Shown piece after piece: positions 22,601-30,311 of a stretch of DNA of 58,705 bases. Below the pieces are notes generated by a model. The model was not told the origin of the DNA. It saw only the letters and a list, made by a program, of their open reading frames with translations, and made no database searches. Made by a program: the position numbers and the translations under genes. Where the stretch lies: positions 1 to 58,705 of the forward strand of contig MEDY01000179.1 in the NCBI GenBank assembly GCA_001724265.1, written 5' to 3'. Source of the DNA: Rhizaria sp. SCN 62-66 (taxonomy: Eukaryota). Position 1 is the stretch's first letter, and each line of letters starts with the position of its first letter.

Positions 22601-24428
22601 CCGCGAAAATAGAGTCGTCGATCCACTTCGCAGAAAAGTCACTGCTGTCTAATGTCTCTCCGCGACTCCCGTCATTGCTGCTGCGAGCGCGCTTGTTGCT
22701 TTGCGACGCCTCCACCTTCACCGCGGCAGCAGCTGCAGCTGCAGCGGGCTCTAGGTGACGGTCCTCGGCGCGCTCGTAACCCTCGAGCGTGGCGTCGAGC
22801 GCGGTGTAGAGCAGCTGCGCCGTCGCCAGCAGCGAGGGCGTCGGCGCGGCCGTGTTGCGCGCCAGCGCGACCAGCAGCGACAGCAGGCACTGCAGCGACG
22901 GCACCACGGGCTCCCGCGCCACGACGGCCGCGGCTGGGGGCACGGCGACCGCGGAGGCCGTGAGCGCGACGCGCAGCACGCGGCCCAAGGCGGCCCAGCG
23001 CCGCCCGCCCGCCAGCGCGGCGAGCAGCGCCTCGGTCACGCCCGCGTCGGTCACGGCGTCCGGGTAGGCGCAGAAGGCGGCCGTGGCGTCAGCCAGGCGG
23101 CCGTGGACGAGGTATGCCGCCACCGCGCCCTCGGGCTCGCTCAGCGCGCGCGGCGCCGAGGCCAGCGGGTGCGGCGGCGCCGGCGAGGCAGTCGTGAACA
23201 GCGTCAGCGTGCCGCGGCGAACAAAGCCAGAATCGTTGTCGTTGCGGACGGCAGTTTGTTTCAAGTCACTCCGAGGGCGATTCGCGTGCCGAGGAGGGAA
23301 AAGCACAGAAGATGATAGTATACCAGCAACGCTGTTGTTGTCGCTGCTGCTGTCAGCGCTGATATCGGGCGCGACTCCAGCGGCAGCAAGTTGGGAGTGG
23401 ACGGTCTCGGCCGCAAAGCGCTCGCACAGCAGCACCAGCGGCGCCAGCGGCGACAGGCCAAGAGCCTCAGTCTCCGCGTCTGCCTCAGCCTCAGCCGCAG
23501 CCTCAGCCTCAGCCTCGGCCTCGGCCTCCGCCTTCGCCGCAGCCGCGGCCGCGGTCTCGACAGTGTCACCGCCTGCGCTCCCTGTTGCCTGTGCGGCTTC
23601 CCTGGCTGCGCTGGCCGCCCGGGCCGCTCTGGCGTCGGCGCGCGCGTCCCGGAGAAGCGCCCGCGCGAAGGTGGCGGCGGCGGCGCGCGAGTACACGAGC
23701 GCCTGGATGGCCGGCGAGGGCAGGAACATCCCCGCCAGCCCGGACGCGGCGGCGGACGCGGACGCCGCCGCGGACGACAGGGCCGCTGGCGTGTCGGGCG
23801 AGCTGCCAGTCGAGCTCGCAGAGATTGTGGGGAAGAAGGGCTTGTGCGGGTCCAGCGGAGGCAGCGCGGCAAACGGCGGCGGCACAAACGCGCCGCGGCC
23901 AGTGGACAGCGACGGGGAGCTGTCAATGCCCGCAGTCAGCAAGGGCGCAGGCGCAGACGCAGACGCAGAGGCCTGTGCAGGCGCATGTGCAGGTAAACTG
24001 CCCTGCTCAGCGGCGGTGCGCAGTGGTGCTGAAGAGGCAAAAGCGCGCGTTGAGCCAGCAGCAGCGCTTGCGGCCGCAGCGGCAGTTGCAACATAAGGTA
24101 GAGCTGCAGCTGCGTTCAGAGAGCTTGCGCTGCGACTGTGATAAGAGTAATTGGGAACGAAGCTTTGCGTGGTGGCGCTGCGCACTGCAGTGCGTGTCAG
24201 CGCGGTTGTGCAGGCAGACAGCGTGTGTGCTGTAAGCGCGACGTGCAGAGGCCAAGTGGCAACACCAGACGCCGCAAAAGTCGTCGCACTCCTTGTGCTA
24301 GCGTGGCTGACGCCAGTACTCGCTCGGCTGTGAGAGGTGTCAGCCTGCGAGTGGTGCAGTGAAGAGACGGGTGTGCGCGCCCGAATGTTTCGCAACACGG
24401 TCGCCGCGCGGAAAATCGGGGTGCTCAT
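10614..24428 (-). CDS. Giant intronless 4604-aa low-complexity protein with a mitochondrial-presequence-like N-terminus and scattered PPR-like helical segments
   Basis: 13.8-kb stop-free frame flanked by AT-rich DNA; first ATG at 24428 gives MSTPIFRAATVLRNIRARTPVSS...RAFASSAPLR (Arg/Ser/Thr-rich, acid-poor); TAA stop. Function is inference only. Confidence 0.75.
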   Translation of the reverse strand: MSTPIFRAATVLRNIRARTPVSSLHHSQADTSHSRASTGVSHASTRSATTFAASGVATWPLHVALTAHTLSACTTALTRTAVRSATTQSFVPNYSYHSRSASSLNAAAALPYVATAAAAASAAAGSTRAFASSAPLRTAAEQGSLPAHAPAQASASASAPAPLLTAGIDSSPSLSTGRGAFVPPPFAALPPLDPHKPFFPTISASSTGSSPDTPAALSSAAASASAAASGLAGMFLPSPAIQALVYSRAAAATFARALLRDARADARAARAASAAREAAQATGSAGGDTVETAAAAAAKAEAEAEAEAEAAAEAEADAETEALGLSPLAPLVLLCERFAAETVHSQLAAAGVAPDISADSSSDNNSVAGILSSSVLFPPRHANRPRSDLKQTAVRNDNDSGFVRRGTLTLFTTASPAPPHPLASAPRALSEPEGAVAAYLVHGRLADATAAFCAYPDAVTDAGVTEALLAALAGGRRWAALGRVLRVALTASAVAVPPAAAVVAREPVVPSLQCLLSLLVALARNTAAPTPSLLATAQLLYTALDATLEGYERAEDRHLEPAAAAAAAAVKVEASQSNKRARSSNDGSRGETLDSSDFSAKWIDDSIFAVPFSPLSLTEIGVLRMEAATFYAQACLRLADALSSPATAGLGPVSAPPRPPQHGAQPRTGGSQSPPQAQAQQSQAEFAAGAPGTPAFVADGHTAPTEAKARLTTARYVAGAGAGVASGASPAKDALTQGQFLSSDHLLPSDTFPQTDNSGDSSSNARTSSVWQSSYATSPAAPVSVLPPPSLPYSAAALPVPASALVALARTPAAEAIARHALAVLRRVTDMAVARGASPADPFDCDWTVGLGRGDDDYPYLEKSSRRDTSQTGGPGLRSESAEAPHMTDALPAAALMHGFVADYPLVAAVPRTGNAANTQSQPQPQAQWPLRGHLPATGPDTMYGSRYLAWAHARGLTLGLDGIADREAAVPLLSDTHCAHGTRSRSEPDGQSSPQLGVEGTTVSGGGLALLRLRGGQMGDLTDPAFCEQGPFANALRRVGDTASGRLMPLQPWASGDAAASTASTGSCSMPVPTPVSDSLYDAPSTASNHTNSVSINSSKAGSSIDASNSGINAHSEGCDSTAANNGRASLSRLHPVRPWALHATLPPALLSCRLALHIRLGDHDKVEQFARNTELALRLPPPYTAPPVTQAVAELLFAHAVLTAAEGATTVGRPADPSALQQQHQANNNTRSAGPVRSPNHNVNNCVESLIAHSNPCNDDVDATDTGSRPVPLVPAVGADVTVWELMLSRSRRLNLARERTDMRRRAFEQNILPTRASGSVAEGEWLRRLSHSSLRCSHLGSAALASNNASDDVAQSGYEYAVGAALPTALALLHSTGLQLSHTNLVKTVGFKATRLGKSSFSGTDNDGAPAHSVTESTVNNKSNNKSSTGANASSTSSFNNNKNEHQKPQQNKSSQNYNSATTSPDSARVSGSKQRQQHIQQQSRPAFPGPGSAPVRRLSTETKRPGSATKGDKPATKGGSRPPISDDVVPLAPLVPLGALVPTPPLGSRALPHSPHLLTAPALALAPAPTVCTQPPYPGLSVSSLGSGGGDPSVAALASAAAAQPPVATTVYGATARAPVQLAAAMAAAHGSTAAAAAAVPWWAHAKPGPGATMGEALLAEPHWSTVQPTPMHNASNNSGGSSNHMASQLLLSSHLLAPSPLVEPLSPQGAAAALLYDGYRPDGSAGVAGCSDGAASRHLDSDMVRGTLYDAATAAIRSADEDNNVTFRSNASASAPATVASAEQLFSSLGDYALSSQSPLPLSLFAGALYAHDPRPVSPFSFPPPSALLVPAVPAAAVAEAEAERRTLGRILSSFENVTASSSNSDKTTDSNNENGDFLADAGSGGLFTLSAPPAPWHNHIARVSRLFASVSIALSPAMLHLLRRLCAREGYLEGELRATQLLRLLEHAASKGARRRAEVTSTWASVTGFTEAAAWEAANAEVAANLARNDKASAGNDDSNSSATPVTSAGGSAGESKQGTAPQLPAAALTRGAGAAAAADSEFHCPRALLGWGPLATAPPLPIGVLLAEAYATEAARAEARGGLQQRTTAGIVTASTHVNNGDAELDDAEEEDHEGFEQFFSQMTNYSPQSRWDPYLPVHSHDCAHRGPALSGRLLARLLSRKPPGSASSLTDSQSEFQQPVMRGGGVYRYARGTMTPAKAVTSHTSSAQSPAGAATAVPSRYKYRPFHHAALGPVPSPRSPMLGLVPPAAAVAASAVTAPLALAAQFPAALPVTPLSRVGRRGRGPACGDDEQRAVAESEAVAAGLAAATWAAHGAAAAETATRDAPLLGADRPFAASSNALSGNSGNDFDADIDITSDDSEWREWYHPLAVTQHTAIASALKVATFRARVRKTSAQSKDADTKGELSVGSVAALATSLVETYANGAHSKSKYTTSTTAEGAVLPGQGAFVNATSTVAQSDSARDSSSESVTVTVRTQLHLSSPLARLPPAAQVSRLQRLLDDDEVAAAAAFVKELLMATATVSAVVCASVQPNIAPSSQLSAAAARARGTATALCAVPVPRAVRDVLVHAFAARPLLSRLLAPVVANAGAFAAASAVGAVPALALPPPSPPPGGSHNHGVVLAVTAETGFKALNATLQGSLPPVIAVPAVAAAAAAGKAARATITERTDAADTADTTNDGEHDQKQQQKLLPLRQRIGRGGATAAARAALVAAAAASDGVSRIVPFGAALSHSQSLAAERVAALAASEFPLATVYAGTASHRTGGAGEPGTATVAVASAGGGNNAGNGITLSSSSVTLGSPMLPVGGAGGIVTLPKRARTGPALGSLQWLSPADVCADIRSAHSAMLSSSLRRSRIEVVRDNAAAHSDCSVTLGTASKSSSQLPHSGSALPLATRALMPYLSDPQPALHPLSERERLDLLSIIEDAVLPLLAVRKNTTIASEGESIANFVTLTPPMSWASFPPKRANKNAPGQAESSTASETQSMSSAPVALALSAVPATPTTMSKALARARARPGSIHSDVAGLTKPSVASAATTTTSDHANSSTAVADRTRTDAADVITDNFEDEQVQDQEEGFDHDDPELVADALAQNNSTLPDAKLREHCENRPNIFTRSLLRASGMSAAASRADAAAARCPLPPPGVSVGSASVYSPYITLASEEIAGSGGEAAARAGVQAPSVSVGSNSALHAALLPATAWTPRTQTQRYSALHATTAPPPLQRTNIGGDYDDDHAADVTELLSRLPASAAAHAAALKLQHTTDSSEDANPIRSQRVSNAARLGKEAPVLLFRRRGRPRQRAGAVLAADLALGNIGRGGLAATAASLALWPSSQLPQPRRSDVDTGAAHTSNTRPHAGVTAVVDANCDAALLEPYAAKLRQGPSKGVLTSFSSPATATLALALSQTLQAIEDNITDKASLYNYDFSDNYAGDTNMARAELFSSASRPITSPLPLSRRTFAAAWAAASALQTAPAATLPTEPRAALELARSILTSASVRNSDDHELYWLLCAASAAHETQSSTPSQSPSLCQSQSHALPLLPRARVLSLTDFGDAYSWDLRAPPVGSRFRRALAALGRIHSEMTYSNSNNNHAVSNAADKSDSGAWTRLQLQQVALCAPPPTPHRGPPSAQQLSISVSDAWFAARVAPAQVPWRTTTTALPQPLSTQVSPGSNSHFSDNYDVTNAIDSGAVDEAALLPAQHQVFMPLPLWRRRTVLAVAASSENPRALSPLPPRVRAFAALAVSASTSAQSAASAFPLWDSLTTPFVPPPQHSSQSHHGQQLQIQYHYMMQQQQQQQLQKMQGQGAVAAAAAANATMYASMNAYREDKQQHKQHQKQQHQQFMKQQQPQQEQRDDTSKASDVVTSDAALPPLIAALAPPVLISPPSITATTTALLTATDAAVIFEPAATTTHTQQSGVIASAGDACVRAGHGVMSESKLPHVAASVRSSAVSVSPSVYAAFGSVFAALLGVAPVVPRGLLSPVPPAVTLTKTNNDVISRATPHAKSTSFATHALALIPSTTAPSAIVFAGSGALLTAVESYRAQIKDVARRSRAATSAVAAIAAVVSTNSVDFCSSSPQENTSSRFLRSIRFDAPSVSAQPFQPGPNGGGGGTNASQSRSRARSRLAVGPAVYAATVHSAVRAAAAAEIAYARSTLPRGVPAAVSSALLPQRKAIFSAQALDGLWSTLRLPLLAHPSMRTLVHPQVLAGEGWPSAARPALNNGGASTQGATGADMSTNAARVSAREVEVAVARLALRVYANVLESGGQYLSYPLPADHRNNDRVEDTQPHTQELEHSHTSACLHGGVPLRMAAINLTEPLPAPASQHMTTSNTGDDSREKSGTVIGFAAAPTAFSLVPSLNALSVSSKDLSAAKLRARAIERDTSSSGTSPVSSAENATMMYKAGVAEMTAFTPALSQSDATSSENYMHQNSSLLQSLSLSERTPLWLLDCALSDVAPGLLAHTHPLLLTVHNPIPGDNTDAENLRVSVDSDSLWSRALTLAALHTPDTNMAHSAMNRAVTHDTFFEQQSQTQTSLNSVTLPSAPLTPRLRLATHSRGEDDGISHADVQGYESARVIVRRHIAAANRPWRHSKMFDSAWFA

Positions 24429-24734
24429 GCCCAAACACTCCGGTGGACAGAGCCACGCTGTGGAGTAGTGAGGATAAAAAGGGGGGCTTCGGGACGGAGA
24501 CGAGGGTCGGTAAGACCGGGCCAAAGAGTGTGCTGTAGGAAAATAAAACAAACAGCGCGGGGGTTAATCGCACACTGAAGAAATATAAAAAGAGTAACAA
24601 TAATTTGGACGTTAGGGTAGTTGTAGCGCGTGGGGTGTAGCAAAAATGACGATAAGAAGCTTGAGCATTTCAGTGCCGGAATTCAGTGCTGTCCGCGCAC
24701 ACCGGGCCAGTCCTCGTCCACTACTGCAGGTGGG

Positions 24735-25178
24735 TCAGGATCCATGTTTGGTGGGCGATCTCGAAGCACGCGCTCTTAGCGCCCATCGTCATTGTGGGGC
24801 GTCTCGACTCTGCGCGTTTTCAGTAGGTCCTCAAGAAGGGTCTCCTGCCGCTTATCTTCCCGGACCAGATCTTTCAGCAAGACAACACGCCGGTGCACGT
24901 TTCTAGCTCCACCCTCGAGTACCTGGGCGAGAGGGACGTCCCTCTGCTTGAGGGCTGGCCCCCGCAGCCGCTCGACCTGAGCCCCACTAAGCATGCGTGG
25001 ACTCAAGCACAGTGCAAGGTCCACGCGCGTCAACCTGCAAACGCTGAGCAGCTCAAGCGGATCACCCTTCATGTCCTCAAACGAGTTCCTGCAGGACATC
25101 ATCAACACCCTCATCGACAACGTGTCGAACACTTTCGGAAGGTTATTGCAAAGCAATGGCACTACATTGGGCATTTAA
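24735..25178 (+). mobile_element. Degenerate Tc1/mariner (DDE_3-type) transposase fragment
   Basis: Frameshifted pieces IHVWWAISKH, IFQQDNTPVH, LLEGWPPQPLDLSPTKHAW and QDIINTLIDNV match the Tc1 motifs MVWG.IS, FQQDNAP.H and WP.QSPDLNPIE..W. Third catalytic Glu is lost, N-terminal half absent, no clear TIR pair. Confidence 0.8.
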
Positions 25179-26454
25179 GTTTGTTTGATAATACATATGT
25201 TTTTTATAAATATTATATTCAAGTGTTATTCAAATCGCAATTAATCTGTGAGCTTACGGAGCAAGACAGGAAATTTTCGACTCGTTGGCTGTGTGTTCTG
25301 AAAAAATGCAGGCAGAAGTGGCGGGTGCCACAAAAGGCCGACATGGCTTTCGACAAGCACTCTTGTCGCTGTGTTGTGTTCGCAAAACAAGCATTCGCGT
25401 TCATGTACGGAAAGGCTTTTACTACAGACGAATACTATTGGTACGTCTCTACGTTGATTTCATTCTAGTAAATCCCACCAGGCGATTGCGCATGAGCTGG
25501 CACGTACACGGCGCAAGCTAACGGACGCTTTTATCTACCACCGCGAGAGCCGTATGAACTGGATCAACACAAAAGTTTTGCCTCAGTTGTACTTACCATC
25601 ATATTCAGTCAAACTTTAGCCCAATGCAAATGTTGATGGCGCATTCGAGGAGCGCCAACCAAGATAACAACGGTTGTCGCACTCAATAAGTCGAGGGAAT
25701 TCCAAATGTCACGGAGCTATTAAGCCGCGACTGCAAATATCAGGAATGGGGGGGATACAATTTGGCAATGCTATGTAATGGAAAAACATTAAAGAGAAGT
25801 AAACTTGGAAGTAAAATGTACCATATGATAGAGACAACTCCATGGGACGGGATATCGCGACGGCAAGCTGGAACATATTGTTATACGAAGATGATAATTA
25901 ACAAGATTGATCAAGGGGTGTGTGGAAGAATTATCATAGTTATCATTACCTGTGGGCAGTATTTGTCTTGAAATTGAGCGAACAATAAATACAAAGACGA
26001 CCAAAGATGTTAAGACAACACATGTCAGATCTTGAAGATACAAATTCAAGATTGTATGCGTATTTACACCATCAAAACAGCTCAGAACTAACTGTACCGG
26101 CAAACATAGACAGAAAACTCACAAAATACACAAATCTCACAATGAAAGACACACGAAGACTAGCTAACAAAGTAAATAGCATGACTTTGCACACAGGACT
26201 TTTGCATCATTGTAAGAGCACTCAGTTCGGAATTGTCACCAGTGATGATAAAATTTAAAATATATCAAGATGAATTGATATCATGTGTGTATTTACACTA
26301 TTTTGCGAAACTATGTAAGCGTAAAGCTATCGGAGTCCACCTCTCATATCTCAATCTCAAGCGGACCGAGCGGACGGCGGCCCCAGGCACACAGTAAAGC
26401 CTCCAAGGACAGTCCAGTGCACAAATACCGTCTCTTGAATCGGCATCCAAGCGT

Positions 26455-28431
26455 TCAACGGTGGTTCTGGAGACCCAGATGCTGCATGCGGGCCGGGTTG
26501 ATGAACAGCTTCTTGTTGCCGCCGCCAGTGCCGGTGGAGCCAGCGCTCGCGCTCGCGCCGCCATCGGCGCCAGCGCCAGCGCCAGCGCCAGCGCCAGCGC
26601 CAGCGCCAGCGCCGGCACCGGCGGCGGGGGCAGCAGCGCCAGCGTTCAGGCCCGGCGCACCGCCGTTGCTATTGTACATCGGCTGCTGCTGTTGAGGCGG
26701 GTAGCCCGGCCCCTGCGGCGGGCCCCAAGGACCCTGTTGCTGCGGCGGCGGATACTGCTGCTGCGGCGGGCCCCAGCGGCCGCCGGCCTGCGGCGGCGGG
26801 GCTTGGCCCCACTGCGCCTGCTGCTGCGGCGGCGGGCCCTGCGGCGGATACCCCGCTGCCCCGTACGGCGGCACGTTCGTGTTGTTGTTATTGAACATCA
26901 CGGGGGCGCGGCCCACGCCCACGGTCGCGCTGAGCGACGCCGCCACGGCCTGCGCCTGCGCCAGCGCCGCCGCGGCGCCCGCGTCCAGCCCGCCAGCGCC
27001 AGGGCCAGCGCCAGCGCCAGGGCCAGCAGCAGCGCCAGCAGCAGGAGCGCCAGTGCCAGGCGCAGCGCCGGCGGAGTAGAAGCCCTGCGACTGCTGCGGG
27101 GGCTGGCCGGGCAGTGGGGCGCCGGGGGCGGCGTTGCCCGCGGCTGCGGCAGCGGCGGCGGCGGCGGCGGCGCGGGCCTGGAAGAAGGCTGGCGGGGGCG
27201 GGGGCACACCGGGGATGAGGCCTGTGATAAGGGGGGGAAAGACATCATAAAGAGCAAGAGGAAAGTGGGAATAAGAATACATTATCAGTTTAAATGTGTG
27301 AACTTTTTAGTTCTGTGCCGTTTCATTGTTGTTTTAACGCCAAATATCGGGATATTGGTCGACATCACGTACCGGGCATCATGCCGCCGGGGCCGTGGGC
27401 CGCGAAGCCGCCCGGGCCGGGGGGGTACGGGCCGGCGGGGCCCGCGGGGCCGCCGGGGCCCATGAAGGGAGGCCCGCCGTGGGGGCCGCGCATCTGCATC
27501 TGCATCTGCATCTGCATGTGCGGCGGCATGTGCTGCATGTGCGGCGGGTACTGTTGTTGCTGCTGGGGAAACGCGGGGTTAAAGCCGCCGGGCGCGGCGC
27601 CCATAGGGCCGGGGCCGTGGCCGGGCCCGGGGGGGAAGCCGGGGCCCGCAGCGCCCATCGGACCGGGGCCGGAGACAGCGCTCGAAGCGCCAGCGCCAGC
27701 GCCAGCGCCAGTCGCGGCAGAGACAGCGGCGGAGTCAGCACCAGCGCCAGCAACACCAACGGGAGGACCAAAGCGGCTGGCGCGAGACTCGGAGCCGGCG
27801 CCGGGGCCACTGTTGTAGCCGCGGTTACGGTCGCTGCGGTCGCGGCCGCCCTCGGCGCCAGCGCCGGGGGGCGGGATGAGGCCGTCCTTGATGGCGCGCG
27901 CGCGGCCCGAGGCCTGCATCGCCGAATGCACGGAGGCCGCGGCGAGATCCTCGACGGCAGGGCCGCGGCCGGAGAGGATGACCTCGTTGCCCGGCAGTGT
28001 CTCGCCGGGAGTTGCGCTCTGACCCGTGGGCTTGCGGCGGTAAGCGCCGCTGGCGAGCTGCTGCTGCTGGCTTGCGCCGGGGCGGAACGCGGGCGGAACC
28101 AGCGGTACACCCAGAGTCTCGAGCTCGTCGCGCGGACGGGCGACGAAAGTCATCGGCGGCGCGTTCGGGATAAGCGTGTGCGTCTGCAGGAAGTGGATGT
28201 AGTAGTCACGGACGTTGTTCTGGTGAGGACGGCCGCAGGTGTGCGGGCGACGACCCGTGATCGAGTCATTCGTTGTGAAGGCTAAAGTAGATGCATATGG
28301 GTAGAATACAAGCAAGGCAGCGGTATAAGTGAGGCACAGGTACGAATATTAAGAGACAGATGAGTTCTTGGAAGTGAAAGCTGAGAGGAGGAAGACGTAC
28401 TATCGCAGTACCCACAGATGAACTTGGGCAT
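26455..28431 (-). CDS. SNRPC: U1 small nuclear ribonucleoprotein C, 568 aa with long Gly/Pro/Gln-rich tail; exons 28431-28401, 28281-27373, 27221-26455
   Basis: Spliced N-terminus MPKFICGYCDTFTTNDSITGRRPHTCGRPHQNNVRDYY has the U1C zinc finger (C6, C9, H24, H30). Introns 28400-28282 and 27372-27222 both start GTACGT and end AG; TGA stop. Confidence 0.9.
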
Positions 28432-29076
28432 CGAGCAAGACCTACAGGGGGAGAGATCGTGAAAAGAAAATTAAATATGGTAAGCCCCATGTACGGATGT
28501 ATCCGTGACGTGCATTATGAGTTAAACTAATGAGCGTTGATTGTGATATTGCTATCCAAGATCCAACGTTTTGACTCGCAGAGTCCGATTTTTTCAGAAC
28601 CGATCGCCTGCAACAGCACTGCCAACCAAGTCCCTCGATGCTATTTGACGCTTACCGAAACAGGACATCACACAGTTCCTTCATCGCTGCTTTGGAATGC
28701 CAACATGTATTATCAGTCCAACAAGATGTTAACTATAACTTTTATATTTCTTATCAACAGAAATTACCGGTATCCCTGCGAAATCTTTGCTTGACAGAGT
28801 CACGATCTCACCCATGCTCTACTATCTCCTCCCCTACTCTCGGCACGTCTCACAACATGCCAATGCTTCTGCTCTTCATGTGACCTGTTCAGCAGCACAC
28901 CCGCGCTTATTGGCGTTGCTATTGCTAGCGGCAATTTCTACAAACCCTTCGTCTTACGCCGCCCCGCCTCTCCGCGTGCGCCAGCGTTCCTCCCTTCCAC
29001 TCCTTCCCGAGTAACCCCCAGTCGGTCTCAGACTCGCGCTCGCGTTCGCGCCACTCACTAACTCTCTCCCAGTCCG

Positions 29077-29826
29077 ATGGCAACCATCCTGTCCCCCCCT
29101 GCCTTCGCCAACGCGGACCAGTGCAACTCCTGCCAGTCCAAGTTCAGCCTGTTCAACCGGCGCCACCACTGCCGCAACTGTGGCGTCTCGCTCTGCGGCT
29201 CGTGCTGCCCCTTCAAGGACCCCTTGCCCCACTTCGGCCTCACCGCGCCCGAGCGCACCTGCGCTGCCTGCCACAACATGCTTGAGGCCTCGGGGCCCGG
29301 CGGCGCGGCCCCCGCCGCCTCTGGTTCCCCCGCAGGCGACGCCTCGGCCCCCGTGGCCAGCGCGGCGGGCTCTTTCAAGCCCAAGCCCGCCGCGGCCAAG
29401 CCCTTCGTGGGCCTCGGCGGTGCGTCCTCCTCCTCGCGCGGTTTTCAGTCCTTCTCCGCGATGTCGTCGTCGATCGGCACCGCGGGCGCCTCGGGCCCCG
29501 CGTCGCGCTACAGCACCGCCGCGGGCGCGGACCTGGAGGAGCAGTGCCGCGAGGCCATCAAGAACGACGACAAGGACGGCGTGGCGTACTTGCTCGCGGC
29601 CAAGGCCGATGCCAACTACTGCGACCACACGGGCAACACGCTGCTGCACATGGCCTGCATCATGGGCCGCTACCCTGTGGTCCAGATGCTGTGCGAGGCT
29701 GGTGGCAACCCCTGGGTCCCGAACGCGCTCACGGTTCCGGAGACGGCCGTCGACGTCGCGCCGCCCGCGCTGCAGTTCCGCATCAAGGCCGCGTGGCCGC
29801 GCGAGAAGTTTGACACCAAGCAGTAA
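29077..29826 (+). CDS. FYVE zinc finger plus ankyrin-repeat protein, 249 aa, intronless
   Basis: CNSCQSKFSLFNRRHHCRNCGVSLCGSCC...RTCAAC (FYVE); DHTGNTLLHMACIMGRYPVVQMLCEAGGNP (ankyrin); TAA stop. Confidence 0.9.
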   Translation: MATILSPPAFANADQCNSCQSKFSLFNRRHHCRNCGVSLCGSCCPFKDPLPHFGLTAPERTCAACHNMLEASGPGGAAPAASGSPAGDASAPVASAAGSFKPKPAAAKPFVGLGGASSSSRGFQSFSAMSSSIGTAGASGPASRYSTAAGADLEEQCREAIKNDDKDGVAYLLAAKADANYCDHTGNTLLHMACIMGRYPVVQMLCEAGGNPWVPNALTVPETAVDVAPPALQFRIKAAWPREKFDTKQ

Positions 29827-30311
29827 GCCAGCCGCGTGATTCCCAATGCGATCGAGCGAGTGTGTTTAGTTGTGTGCGTGGCGCTCTATGAGTTTATTTT
29901 GTATAATAGTATTTTACACGTTGTTCTTGCGATATGAATTTCAATAAATAGTTGTTTCTCTAGCTACAAATATACTTGCCAGCTATTGGTCGTACTATGA
30001 CACAATTCCTCGACGTCGATCATAAAAGAAAACGCTTGTGAAGATGTGCTAGTTATGTATGCATGATAATGTCAAAAGAAAATGCAAATTTTCGGACTAC
30101 AGAGAGGAAAAATACATGCAGTCATGCTAAGTATGAGTTAAATAAACATATCACGCAAAACAAGTGATTTTTTTGCTATATATCGTCAGTGTGCCTCAAC
30201 CGCAGCAACTTAAATTGTAGTTACGGCGCAAAAGCTGTCATTAGAGACCTTATGGCATTACTGTTGCGATGGAATGATTCCAAAACGAGGCCTCCCACTC
30301 CCAGAGCCACA

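Noticed and set aside
24429-24551. Upstream extension of the giant ORF given by the ORF track
   Set aside because: Starts at a non-ATG codon in UTR-like sequence; the first ATG at 24428 begins the presequence-like segment.
25300-26280. Protein-like fragments and a GTACGT after the transposon remnant, including one more possible in-frame TAG near 25617
   Set aside because: No recognisable homology or coherent gene model, so it was not used as evidence.
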